Shown here: piece after piece, positions 28,484 to 37,457 of the stretch
Layout of the letters: each line of letters starts with the position of its first letter
Numbering within the stretch: position 1 is the stretch's first letter
Source: Dehalococcoidia bacterium
GTDB lineage: Bacteria; Chloroflexota; Dehalococcoidia; Lucifugimonadales; UBA2985
Assembly: GCA_034423135.1 (NCBI GenBank)
Contig: DAOUJC010000005.1
Location: 33,985-97,984, forward strand
Length of the DNA: 64,000 nt
Reading direction: 5' to 3'
Made by a program: the position numbers and the translations under genes
The notes under the pieces: model-generated
The model's database searches: none
What the model saw: only the letters and a program-made list of their open reading frames with translations
Told to the model about the DNA's origin: nothing

Positions 28484-30514
28484 ATGAATCAGGACACTAT
28501 CGGTCTGGACTATCTCGAACGAGCCTTTGATGAAGGGCATGCCGAGATTACAGGCGATGGGCGGAACCAGCGCATCCGCTATATCGCCGCCGGCCGCTCA
28601 GAGCGGTGGAGCGACCCGGAGGAGAGAGTGCGGGCCGAGCTGTGGGCGGAGCTCATCTACAGGTACGAATACTCACCCGAACGAATAGGCTTCGAGGTCA
28701 ACGTTCCACGCCGGACTCCAAACGACTACGCCGACCTGGTCATCTACGAAGACGACGACCTGAAGTCACCCTACATGGTCTTTGAGTGCAAGCGCCCCGA
28801 CGTATCCGACGCCGCGTTTGGCCAGTCCATAGAACAGGCCTGCGGCAACCGAGCCAGCCTTGGCGCCAAGTATTGCGGCGCGGTGGCCGGTCTCACTCGC
28901 CGCCTGCTGCGCTTTGACCGCTACCCGCCAGCTGAGCGGGAGAGAAACCACATGACCGATATTCCCGTTCGCTACGGGAGCCCCCCATCCTGGCGCTTCT
29001 TGAAGAAAGTCCAAGGCCGTGATCTGACGACTGTTTCGCGGGAAGAGTTGCGGGCCGCCATCCGCAAGTGCCACCAGACCCTCTGGGAGGGCGGCAGGCG
29101 CAGTGCCATCGCCGCCTTTGGCGAGTTCTGCAAGCTGGTCTTCATCAAGCATCGTGATGAGAAGGATCTGGACCGGAAGGAAGGCCAGCATTATGAATTC
29201 CAGCGAAAGGACGGGGAAACTGCCCCCGACCTGGCCAGACGCATAACGATTCTGTATGAGAGCGAGAAGAGCAGGGAGCCGGACGTCTTTACCGAGAGCA
29301 TCAACGTAGATCCGCCCATTCTGGCGCAGTGCGTGGAACACCTGGAAGGCATTTCCCTTGAGCACACCGAGCTTGACACCAAAGGAGTGGCCTTCGAGGA
29401 ATTCATGGGCAGCTTCTTCAAGGGTGACTTCGGGCAGTACTTCACTCCCCGGGAGTTGATCGCTTTCTGCGTGGAAATGCTTGACCCGAAGCGCACCGAC
29501 CTAGTGCTCGACCCGGCCTGCGGCTCCGGCGGATTCCTGCTCTACGCAATGGACCACGTTCGCCGGGAGGCAGATCAAAGGTACTCTCCAGGCGGCGAAC
29601 AGCACCTCCTGTACTGGCACGACTTCGCCCAGAAGAACCTCTTTGGCATTGAGATAAACGATGAACTGGCCCGGGTCGCCAAGATGAACATGATCATTCA
29701 CGACGACGGCCATACCAACATCGTTGGCCACGACGCCCTGGACTTCTCTGAGAACATTCGCAGCAAGAATAGCGGCGTCGACCTACGCAAATTCGATCTC
29801 ATCCTCACCAACCCGCCCTTCGGCGCAGTCGTAAAGCGCACGGAGAAGGGGGACGGCTACCTAGAGCAGTTCGACTTGAGGCATTACCTGGGCAAGAGCT
29901 ATCCAGTATATTCCGACATGACGGGAGAAGACGGCGACTCCAGCGCGAAGACGGGCGCAAGAGCAGTAAGAGCACGGGCCAGCATCAAGACCGAGCTCCT
30001 GTTCCTGGAGCGGGTTCACTCCTTCCTGAAGCCCGGCACGGGCCGGGCTGCCGTGGTGGTGCCGGACGGCATCCTGACCAACTCATCGCTTCAGGGCGTG
30101 AGGCATTGGCTGCTCGAGAACTTCCAGCTTCTGGCGGTGGTCAGCCTGCCCCAGTTCGCCTTCAGCCACTACGACGCCGGTGTGAAGGCCAGCATAATAT
30201 TCCTGCGCCGCTTAGCCGATGGCGAAACAGTCTCAGACAATGAAGCCATATTCATGGCCCTGGCCGAGAACATCGGGTACGACGCCACCGGGCGCAAGAC
30301 ATTTGACGTTTCCGTGGAGCGGGAGGAGCCGGGCGTGGAGAAGGTTGAGCGGCACAGCTGCGACCTGTTCGACTACCGCGTATATTACGAACCCGTCTCC
30401 ACGAATCTCTTTGAAACCAATTGGAGCGAGCGCCGTAGGGAAACCATACCAGGCACCGGCATAGTGGCCCAGTGGCAGGCCTTCCAGCGGGAACCGACAC
30501 CTTTTTTAGTGTAG
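28484..30514 (+). CDS. restriction-modification protein: HsdR-N-like nuclease domain fused to N6-adenine methyltransferase
   Basis: N-terminal PEERVR...ADLVIY...FECKR nuclease motif; GQYFTPR, DPACGSGGFL, NPPFG. Confidence 0.88.
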   Translation: MNQDTIGLDYLERAFDEGHAEITGDGRNQRIRYIAAGRSERWSDPEERVRAELWAELIYRYEYSPERIGFEVNVPRRTPNDYADLVIYEDDDLKSPYMVFECKRPDVSDAAFGQSIEQACGNRASLGAKYCGAVAGLTRRLLRFDRYPPAERERNHMTDIPVRYGSPPSWRFLKKVQGRDLTTVSREELRAAIRKCHQTLWEGGRRSAIAAFGEFCKLVFIKHRDEKDLDRKEGQHYEFQRKDGETAPDLARRITILYESEKSREPDVFTESINVDPPILAQCVEHLEGISLEHTELDTKGVAFEEFMGSFFKGDFGQYFTPRELIAFCVEMLDPKRTDLVLDPACGSGGFLLYAMDHVRREADQRYSPGGEQHLLYWHDFAQKNLFGIEINDELARVAKMNMIIHDDGHTNIVGHDALDFSENIRSKNSGVDLRKFDLILTNPPFGAVVKRTEKGDGYLEQFDLRHYLGKSYPVYSDMTGEDGDSSAKTGARAVRARASIKTELLFLERVHSFLKPGTGRAAVVVPDGILTNSSLQGVRHWLLENFQLLAVVSLPQFAFSHYDAGVKASIIFLRRLADGETVSDNEAIFMALAENIGYDATGRKTFDVSVEREEPGVEKVERHSCDLFDYRVYYEPVSTNLFETNWSERRRETIPGTGIVAQWQAFQREPTPFLV

Positions 30515-31914
30515 ACCCCGCCAGACTGGCAAAGCCGGAAAGCTTTGCGGTGAAGCGGGGCAAAGTTGTCGGAAGGTTAGATACATGGTTCAATCATCCC
30601 CGGTATGAGTTGCTGCGCGCCAGATTGGACGCTTCAATAGTCAAAACGACCGAGTTGGACGGTTTCCTGTGGTCAATAGCCGGCGGTGCAACGCCAAAAC
30701 TAAGTGATGCTTCTCTCTACACCGATTCCGGGATTAAGTTCCTACGCATCCTCAACGTAGAAGATGGCGAGATTATTGAGCAGGATATCAAATACATCAC
30801 CGATGCGGTTCATCAAGAGGAACTTGGGCGTTCCCAGCTTGAAGCTGGCGACGTGCTTATCACAATTACGGGGCGTGTAGGTTCAGCCGCAGTAATTCGC
30901 GAAGAGCATCTTCCAGCCAACATCAATCAGCACATTGCTCGACTGAGGATTGATTTGAAACGCTGCAGGCCGGAGTTCCTCAGTGAATGGTTGAACTGCC
31001 CCGCTGGGCAACAGCTGTCCAATCGCTCTGTCTCTGGAGGCACACGCCCCGCTCTTGACTATGGAGCTGTTCGCAGCATCCTAGTGCCGTTGCCTGATAC
31101 GCTGGAAGCGCAAGACAAGCTATTGGTCGCGATGGATGCCTCCCGTGCGAAGCGCAAGGCAAAGCTAGCTGAGGCAATCGCACTACTGGCAAGTCTAGAT
31201 GATTTCGTGCTGGACGCGCTAGGTATTGCACCACCGGAGAAGGACTCCAGACGTGCGTTTGCAGTAACGCTTGGCCAGTCACGCACCCAGGGACAGCTTA
31301 ATGCGGACTTCTACCATCCGGAGCGTATTCGGACCTTAGACGAATTGAACAATGCGGGAATGCATACGGAACTGACGCCACTTGCTAAAGTCGTGAATTT
31401 TGAGCGAGCACAGATCAAGTCACCGGATGAGAATTACCTGAGTCTAGCGCACGTGGAAAGCCATACCGGCGAACTGACTGACTCCCAGGATAAGGCGTCA
31501 GGCAATGCCTTTATGTTCCAAGTCGATGATGTTCTATTTGCTCGATTGCGTCCCTACCTTAACAAGGTATATCACGCTGAAATGAATGGCACTTGCTCAA
31601 CGGAGTTCCACGTCCTTCGGGTCAAGGATCGGAATACTCTGCTACCTGAGTATCTCAGCACCATCCTACGCAGCCGTTTGATACTGGCTCAAACTGTCCA
31701 CATGATGACCGGTAACACCCACCCGCGTCTAGTCAACGCTCACGTAGAGAGCCTTCGAATCCCTATTCCCAAGGTGAATGTTCAAAAGACCATCGCAGTG
31801 GACGTTGCGGTTCGGCGCGAGGAGGCACGCCGTTTGCGCGCCGAAGCGGAGGCGGGCTGGCAGGAGGCCAAGCGGTGGTTCGAGGAGCAACTGTTGGGAG
31901 CGGATTCGCCATGA
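30472..31914 (+). CDS. hsdS: restriction-modification specificity subunit (two TRDs)
   Basis: GGATP...ILNV, ITGRVG, NINQH; second TRD FARLRPYLNKV, CSTEF, GNTHPR; helical spacers; start uncertain. Confidence 0.85.
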   Translation: MAGLPAGTDTFFSVDPARLAKPESFAVKRGKVVGRLDTWFNHPRYELLRARLDASIVKTTELDGFLWSIAGGATPKLSDASLYTDSGIKFLRILNVEDGEIIEQDIKYITDAVHQEELGRSQLEAGDVLITITGRVGSAAVIREEHLPANINQHIARLRIDLKRCRPEFLSEWLNCPAGQQLSNRSVSGGTRPALDYGAVRSILVPLPDTLEAQDKLLVAMDASRAKRKAKLAEAIALLASLDDFVLDALGIAPPEKDSRRAFAVTLGQSRTQGQLNADFYHPERIRTLDELNNAGMHTELTPLAKVVNFERAQIKSPDENYLSLAHVESHTGELTDSQDKASGNAFMFQVDDVLFARLRPYLNKVYHAEMNGTCSTEFHVLRVKDRNTLLPEYLSTILRSRLILAQTVHMMTGNTHPRLVNAHVESLRIPIPKVNVQKTIAVDVAVRREEARRLRAEAEAGWQEAKRWFEEQLLGADSP

Positions 31915-32741
31915 CATTTGAGATTCTCATTTCCTGTCACATGCCACCGAACGATGGTCTTGCGGGCATAAGCGAGATGTTGGAGGATGCGCTGAATCAG
32001 GCCTTGGAGTATAGCCCAATAGACTTTGATGAGAGCATGATCCAGATTCACTGCCAGCGGCCGCTAAACGAGGCACCGGCCGACAGAGGCAACCTCCTAG
32101 TCGGTTTCTCTCTGGAACTGCCGGAAGATGACGCTGGAATCAAGTCCGTGGTTGACGGCTTTGTTGGGGCCCTAAGGGACAGGTCAGAAGTCATGCATCT
32201 AGTGCGGTTTGAAGATCCACTCCTTCAAGCCGAACTATCTAAGTGGGCCGCCGAGATTTTCTCGCTGGAGATGAAACTGCGCCGAGTGCTGTCTTTCATT
32301 TATCTGCACGCGTATCAGGTCAGCAATCCCTTCGAGCTACTTCAAGAAGAGCAGGTTCAAATACCACAAGGTGTGAAACCACAAGAGACACAAATGAACA
32401 ACCTTAGCGAGAACGAGTTTTTTCACTTGACGTTCAGCCAGTACATAGGCCTAAACCAGCGCCGCCAAATAGACCTCCGCCACATAGTAGGCATAATCCT
32501 TGATTCGGAGCAATACGGCGATTTACGTCAAGAACTCATGCGGTCTCCAGTATCAGACGGGCGCGATACCGAACTCATGAATAACTTGCAGCAACACTTG
32601 AATGCTATTGAGCGGATGCGCAACTGTGTGGCCCATAACAGAAGACCCAGCGAGGGAATAAGACAAGATTACTCGTTTAATCGCCCTCGCCTGGAAGAAC
32701 TACTGGATAGCTATTTGGCAAGCCTGGCTATTCAACATTAG
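31911..32741 (+). CDS. HEPN-domain protein (putative RNase)
   Basis: LEMKLRRVL helix and C-terminal RNCVAH (Rx4H); ATGA overlap with hsdS. Confidence 0.65.
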   Translation: MTFEILISCHMPPNDGLAGISEMLEDALNQALEYSPIDFDESMIQIHCQRPLNEAPADRGNLLVGFSLELPEDDAGIKSVVDGFVGALRDRSEVMHLVRFEDPLLQAELSKWAAEIFSLEMKLRRVLSFIYLHAYQVSNPFELLQEEQVQIPQGVKPQETQMNNLSENEFFHLTFSQYIGLNQRRQIDLRHIVGIILDSEQYGDLRQELMRSPVSDGRDTELMNNLQQHLNAIERMRNCVAHNRRPSEGIRQDYSFNRPRLEELLDSYLASLAIQH

Positions 32742-32872
32742 TCCCGCCCCAGCCCTTGACCCGCCCGCAACGTTGGTAATACAATCCCCCTGCAACCCAC
32801 GTTGCCCTTGGAAGGGAGCTCTTGAGCAAGGTGACCTTTCCGACCGGGGTGGAGGCGGCTGGGGATCGGGAC

Positions 32873-34270
32873 ATGCCGCAGGAGAACTGCGGTGTTGTCG
32901 GCGTATATGCACCCGGCGAGGACGTGGGGCGCATCGCCTTCTTCGGACTGTTCGCCCTGCAGCACCGCGGCCAGGAGAGCGCCGGCATTGCCGTCAGCGA
33001 CGGTGAATCCCTCCGACACAGCACCGCCATGGGACTGGTCGCCCAGGCATTCCGCGAGGAAGACCTCCAGCGGCTCACCGGCCACATGGCCATAGGGCAC
33101 ACCCGGTACTCCACCGCCGGCTCCAGCATCCTCTGCAACGCCCAGCCCATCCTCGCCAGCGGCCCATACGGCGAACTGGCCCTGGGCCACAACGGCAACG
33201 TGGTCAACGCCGTGCCCCTGCGAAAGGAACTCGAGGAGTGGGGCTGCCGCTTCTCATCCACCTCCGACTCGGAGATCGTGGCGCTTCTCCTCGCCAACGC
33301 ACCGGGCCGCGACTGGTCAGAGCGCATTCAGTATCTCATGCGTCGCCTGCAGGGCGCATACTCCCTGGTGGTTCTTACCAAAGACTCGCTAATCGCCATT
33401 CGAGACCCACTCGGCGTGCGGCCCATGTGCGTGGGCAGGATGAACGGCGGCTGGATCGTGGCGTCGGAGAGCTGCGCTCTCGACCACCTTGGCGCCACAC
33501 TGCTCCGCGATATCGAGCCCGGCGAGGCCATCGTCATCGATGACCAGGGCATGAGGACGCTCTACCGCGGCGGCGAGCGCAGCCGCGCCTTCTGCGTATT
33601 CGAGTACATCTACTTCGCACGGCCCGACAGCGTCCTGGGAGGCCGGCTGACCTACTCGCTGCGCCAAGAGATGGGCGCTCAGCTTGCGAAGGAGCACCCC
33701 GTGGACGCGGACGTGGTCATCGGCGTGCCGGACTCCGCTACGGCGGCGGCAGTGGGCTACGCCCGGGAGGCCGGCATCCCGTACAGCGAGGGGCTGCTCA
33801 AGAACCGCTACGTGGGACGCACCTTCATCGAGCCGGACCAGCGTGTCCGCGATTTGGGAGTCCAGCTCAAGTTCAACACCCTGCCTGAAGTGCTGGCCGG
33901 AAAGCGCGTTGTTGTCGTCGACGACAGCATCGTCAGGGGCACCACGACGCCACACGTCGTGCGCCTGGTCAGACGGGCCGGCGCCACGGAGGTACACCTG
34001 CGCGTGTGCGCTCCACCCATCAGGCACCCCTGCCAGCTTGGCGTGGACATGGCCTCCTACCGCGAGCTCATCGCCGCCAACAAGAGCGTGGAAGAGATCC
34101 AGGAGTTCGTGGGCGCCGACTCGCTCGGCTACCTGAGCGTGGATGGGCTGCTTGAGACCGTGAGTAGCGACGGTAACTCGCACTGCGCGGGCTGCTTCAC
34201 CGGCAATCACCCCATACCCGTCCAGCTGGAGATGAACAAGCTGGCCCTCGAAGTCCCGGCCCTGGGATGA
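32873..34270 (+). CDS. purF: amidophosphoribosyltransferase
   Basis: ENCGVVG, ALQHRGQESAG, GHTRYST, HNGN, VDDSIVRGTT. Confidence 0.97.
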   Translation: MPQENCGVVGVYAPGEDVGRIAFFGLFALQHRGQESAGIAVSDGESLRHSTAMGLVAQAFREEDLQRLTGHMAIGHTRYSTAGSSILCNAQPILASGPYGELALGHNGNVVNAVPLRKELEEWGCRFSSTSDSEIVALLLANAPGRDWSERIQYLMRRLQGAYSLVVLTKDSLIAIRDPLGVRPMCVGRMNGGWIVASESCALDHLGATLLRDIEPGEAIVIDDQGMRTLYRGGERSRAFCVFEYIYFARPDSVLGGRLTYSLRQEMGAQLAKEHPVDADVVIGVPDSATAAAVGYAREAGIPYSEGLLKNRYVGRTFIEPDQRVRDLGVQLKFNTLPEVLAGKRVVVVDDSIVRGTTTPHVVRLVRRAGATEVHLRVCAPPIRHPCQLGVDMASYRELIAANKSVEEIQEFVGADSLGYLSVDGLLETVSSDGNSHCAGCFTGNHPIPVQLEMNKLALEVPALG

Positions 34271-34276
34271 CGCACA

Positions 34277-35284
34277 ATGCCGGGTGAGACCTACCTCGCC
34301 GCCGGGGTGAACCTGGGAGCCGCGCGACAGGCAACCGAGACCATCAAGAGGCTTGCCGAGGCCACGCACGGCCCAAACGTCATCGGAGGCGTGGGCTTCT
34401 TCGGCGGAATGTACCGGCTGCAGGGCTATCGACGGCCGGTGCTCGTATCCAGCACCGACTCGCCGGGCACCAAGCTCATGCTTGCCACCTTGACCGGCCG
34501 ATTCGAAAGCGTCGGGATAGACGTTGTGAACCACTGCGTCAACGACGTTTTCGTCTCCGGCGCAACGCCTCTCTTCTTCCTGGACTACCTTGGCGTCGGA
34601 CGGCTGCAGCCGGAACGAGCGGAGGCGCTGGTGCGAGGCGTTGCGGAGGCATGCACCGCCGTGGGATGCGCCCTGATCGGAGGCGAGACCGCTGAGCTGC
34701 CGGGTATCTACCCCGAGGACGGCTTCGACCTGGCCGGGTTCGCGGTTGGCGTGGTCGAGGAGGACGCCATCCTGGACGGGTCCACGATCGCGGAGGGCGA
34801 CGTGCTCCTTGCAGTACCCTCCAACGGCCTGCACACCAACGGCTACTCACTGGCCCGCAGGGTGTTCGGTGTGGACGACAACCCCTCCGTCCTCGACCGC
34901 GTTCCGCCGGAGCTTGGCATCACCCTAGGGGAGGCGCTCATGGTGCCCCATCGCTGCTACTACCCACTCCTGGAGCCTGTACTACCGCTCATCAAGGGCA
35001 TGGCGCACATCACCGGCGGCGGCCTGCCGGAGAACGTCCCGCGCATACTGCCTGCGGGACTCGGCGCACGTTTCGACACCGCTGCATGGCATGTACCGCC
35101 GATCTTCTCGCTCATCCGCGAGGCGGGACGGGTAGAGATCGACGAAATGTACCGCGTGTTCAACATGGGAGTGGGGATGGTGGTGGCATGCTCACCGGAG
35201 AGCGCGGACGAGGTGCGCCGCCTGGTGCCCGAGGCCGTCCCGGCCGGTGAGGTTGTGGCGGGCGAGGGCGTGACACTGGACTGA
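34277..35284 (+). CDS. purM: phosphoribosylformylglycinamidine cyclo-ligase
   Basis: LVSSTDSPGTK, GGETAELPG, GLHTNGYSL, AHITGGG, FNMGVG. Confidence 0.96.
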   Translation: MPGETYLAAGVNLGAARQATETIKRLAEATHGPNVIGGVGFFGGMYRLQGYRRPVLVSSTDSPGTKLMLATLTGRFESVGIDVVNHCVNDVFVSGATPLFFLDYLGVGRLQPERAEALVRGVAEACTAVGCALIGGETAELPGIYPEDGFDLAGFAVGVVEEDAILDGSTIAEGDVLLAVPSNGLHTNGYSLARRVFGVDDNPSVLDRVPPELGITLGEALMVPHRCYYPLLEPVLPLIKGMAHITGGGLPENVPRILPAGLGARFDTAAWHVPPIFSLIREAGRVEIDEMYRVFNMGVGMVVACSPESADEVRRLVPEAVPAGEVVAGEGVTLD

Positions 35285-35311
35285 CTATACTTCGACACGA
35301 GGAGGTGGCCG

Positions 35312-36874
35312 ATGAAGGCCCTGCTCAGCGTATTCGACAAGAACGGCGTGGTGGACTTCGCCCAGGACCTGCACAGGGCGGGCGCCGACCTCATCAGTAC
35401 GGGAGGCACCCATCAGACGCTCGCGGACGCGGGCCTGCCCGTTCAGCAGGTCTCCGACTTCACCGGCTCGCCGGAGATTCTGGGCGGCCGCGTCAAGACG
35501 CTCCATCCCGCCATTCACGGCGGCATCCTGGCCCGACGCGACAACCCCGGCCACGTTGAAGAGCTCGCCGGCCTCAGCATGGAGACGATCGACGTGGTGG
35601 CCGTCAACCTGTACCCGTTCGCCGCAACCATCGCAAGGCCCGGCGTAACCCTCGACGACGCGCTGGAGAACATCGACATCGGCGGCCCGACCATGATTCG
35701 CGCGGCGGCCAAGAACTTCCCGTTCGTGTCCGTGGTGGTGGACCCAGCCGACTACGCCTGGGTTGCCGAGAAGCTGGCAGGCGATGGCCTCTCACTGGAG
35801 GAAAGGCGGCGACTGGCTCACAAGGCGTTCCAGCACGTGGCCTACTACGATACGCTGATAGCATCGTACCTGCGCCGCGGCGATCCCGATGGGACGTTCC
35901 CGCAGGAGCTCACGCTGGCATACCAGAGGGTTCAGCAGCTGCGCTACGGAGAGAACCCCCACCAGCTTGGAGCGCTGTACGCGGAGCCTCTGCCCAGCTT
36001 CGCCAGCCTCGCGACAGGCTCGCAGGTGCTGGGCCAGGAGCCATCGCTGTGCAACGTGTACGACATGTCGGCGGCGCTGGAGAGCGTGCGCGACTTCATG
36101 GACAGGCCCGCGGCCGTGGTCATCAAGCACGCCACGCCCAGCGGCTTTGCGTTCGGCGCGACTTCCGCTGAGGCGCTGCAGAAGGCGATCCACGCGGACG
36201 CCACGTCTGCATTCGGCGGCATCATCGGTCTGAACAGACCGATGGACGTCGAGACGGCAGAGGTAGTAGCCCGCTTCCGCGAGCTTGAGTCGTCCAACAT
36301 AGACGCCATCGTGGCACCCGGCGCGTCCGAGGAGGCCGTGGCCATCCTGCGCAGGACTCGCAGGCGCATGGTGCTCTACACCGTCGACGAGCTTGGGGAG
36401 CTTCCGGCCGGAAGCGTGAACGTCAAGCAGGTGCCCGGCGGGCTCCTGTACCAGCAGGCCAACACTTCACCCATCGATAGCTCGGCGTGGCGCGTGGCCA
36501 CGCAAGTCGAGCCCACGCCCGAGCAGCTGCGCGGCATGGAGGACGCCTGGATGCTCATGCGCCACATCCGCTCCAACACCATCATGGTCTGGGACGATGC
36601 AGCGGGCGTGACCCTGGGGATAGGCAGCGGCCAGGTGAGCCGCGTTGGCTCGGCGCGCATTGCGCTGGAGCAAGCCGGCGAGCGCGCCCGCGGAGCCATC
36701 CTGGCGTCGGACTCCTTCTTCCCGTTCCAGGACAGCGTGGAGCTGGCGGCAAGCTACGGCATCGCAGCCATCGTGCAGCAGGGCGGCTCGATCAATGACC
36801 AAGCCTCCATCGACGCCGCTGACGCTGCGGGCATCGCCATGGTGCTCACCGGCGAGCGCGCATTCTGGCACTAG
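35312..36874 (+). CDS. purH: bifunctional AICAR transformylase / IMP cyclohydrolase
   Basis: ALLSVFDK, GRVKTLHP, IDIGGPTMIRAAAKN, LRYGENPHQ, ASDSFFPF. Confidence 0.97.
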   Translation: MKALLSVFDKNGVVDFAQDLHRAGADLISTGGTHQTLADAGLPVQQVSDFTGSPEILGGRVKTLHPAIHGGILARRDNPGHVEELAGLSMETIDVVAVNLYPFAATIARPGVTLDDALENIDIGGPTMIRAAAKNFPFVSVVVDPADYAWVAEKLAGDGLSLEERRRLAHKAFQHVAYYDTLIASYLRRGDPDGTFPQELTLAYQRVQQLRYGENPHQLGALYAEPLPSFASLATGSQVLGQEPSLCNVYDMSAALESVRDFMDRPAAVVIKHATPSGFAFGATSAEALQKAIHADATSAFGGIIGLNRPMDVETAEVVARFRELESSNIDAIVAPGASEEAVAILRRTRRRMVLYTVDELGELPAGSVNVKQVPGGLLYQQANTSPIDSSAWRVATQVEPTPEQLRGMEDAWMLMRHIRSNTIMVWDDAAGVTLGIGSGQVSRVGSARIALEQAGERARGAILASDSFFPFQDSVELAASYGIAAIVQQGGSINDQASIDAADAAGIAMVLTGERAFWH

Positions 36875-36963
36875 GCGGCGCAAGAGAAGCCACGTGAGTT
36901 TGCCGTGATGCGCGGGCTGTGACCAGCCGTCCCAGAAAACACGGTAAGGGGATAATCTCCTCG

Positions 36964-37002
36964 CCCCGCTCATTCTGAGCTTGTCGAAGGAAATGAGCGG
37001 GG
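36964..37002. repeat. REP-like hairpin (family A)
   Basis: CCCCGCTCAT-TCTGAGCTTGTCGAAGGAA-ATGAGCGGGG; related inverted core GGTTCGACAAGCTC at ~37035. Confidence 0.65.
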
Positions 37003-37114
37003 TGACTTGGCCTCATTGATCTTCTCACTCACATGGTTCGACAAGCTCTCCATGAGAGGGAAGATCACCCTTCCGGTATATCCGAGAAGGCCCCGGATGC
37101 CGGCGTCACAGGGG

Positions 37115-37143
37115 TTGACATTAGCGCGCAAACCGACTAGTTT
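37115..37143 (+). promoter_or_regulatory. sigma70-type promoter
   Basis: TTGACA (37115-37120), 17-nt spacer, TAGTTT (37138-37143). Confidence 0.55.
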
Positions 37144-37147
37144 TAGT

Positions 37148-37450
37148 TATCTCGACCGAACCCCAACAGGTCGATTCAAAAGATGGGGCTGCATCCGCGG
37201 TCTCACTCGCCAATTCCGAATCCATCCCAAGGTATTCAAATGCCTTGCATCGCGCGATAGGACACGCGGCAGGTAGCGCGAATTGGCTTGCGACCGCAGC
37301 GGGGACGGCAAATAAAGAGGACAGGAGGTGAACGGCCCAGAAACTGGTATCGGAGTCAGATCTCCGAACGGATGGGAACAGGCCAAATCCGAATTACACG
37401 GTTTCTCCCGTCCCTGGACCTAAACGGACATTGAACATCACAAGGAGGCA
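37148..37450 (+). ncRNA. candidate structured 5' leader RNA
   Basis: Nested complementary segments (see findings); family not recognised. Confidence 0.35.
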
Positions 37451-37457
37451 ATTGCAG

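Noticed and set aside
32756-32815. GCAACGTTG / GCAAC-CCAC-GTTGC palindromes at the purF promoter as a PurR-like operator
   Set aside because: Short, GC-biased and not matching a defined box well enough to support without comparative data
35285-35311. Absence of purN between purM and purH
   Set aside because: Purine gene order is variable and purN/purT can be elsewhere; no remnant or anomaly visible
37184-37300. tmRNA, 6S RNA, glycine or c-di-AMP riboswitch identity for the SBP leader
   Set aside because: Only a GGGGCTG start is shared with tmRNA; I could not find the diagnostic conserved motifs of these RNAs, so it is left as an unnamed candidate
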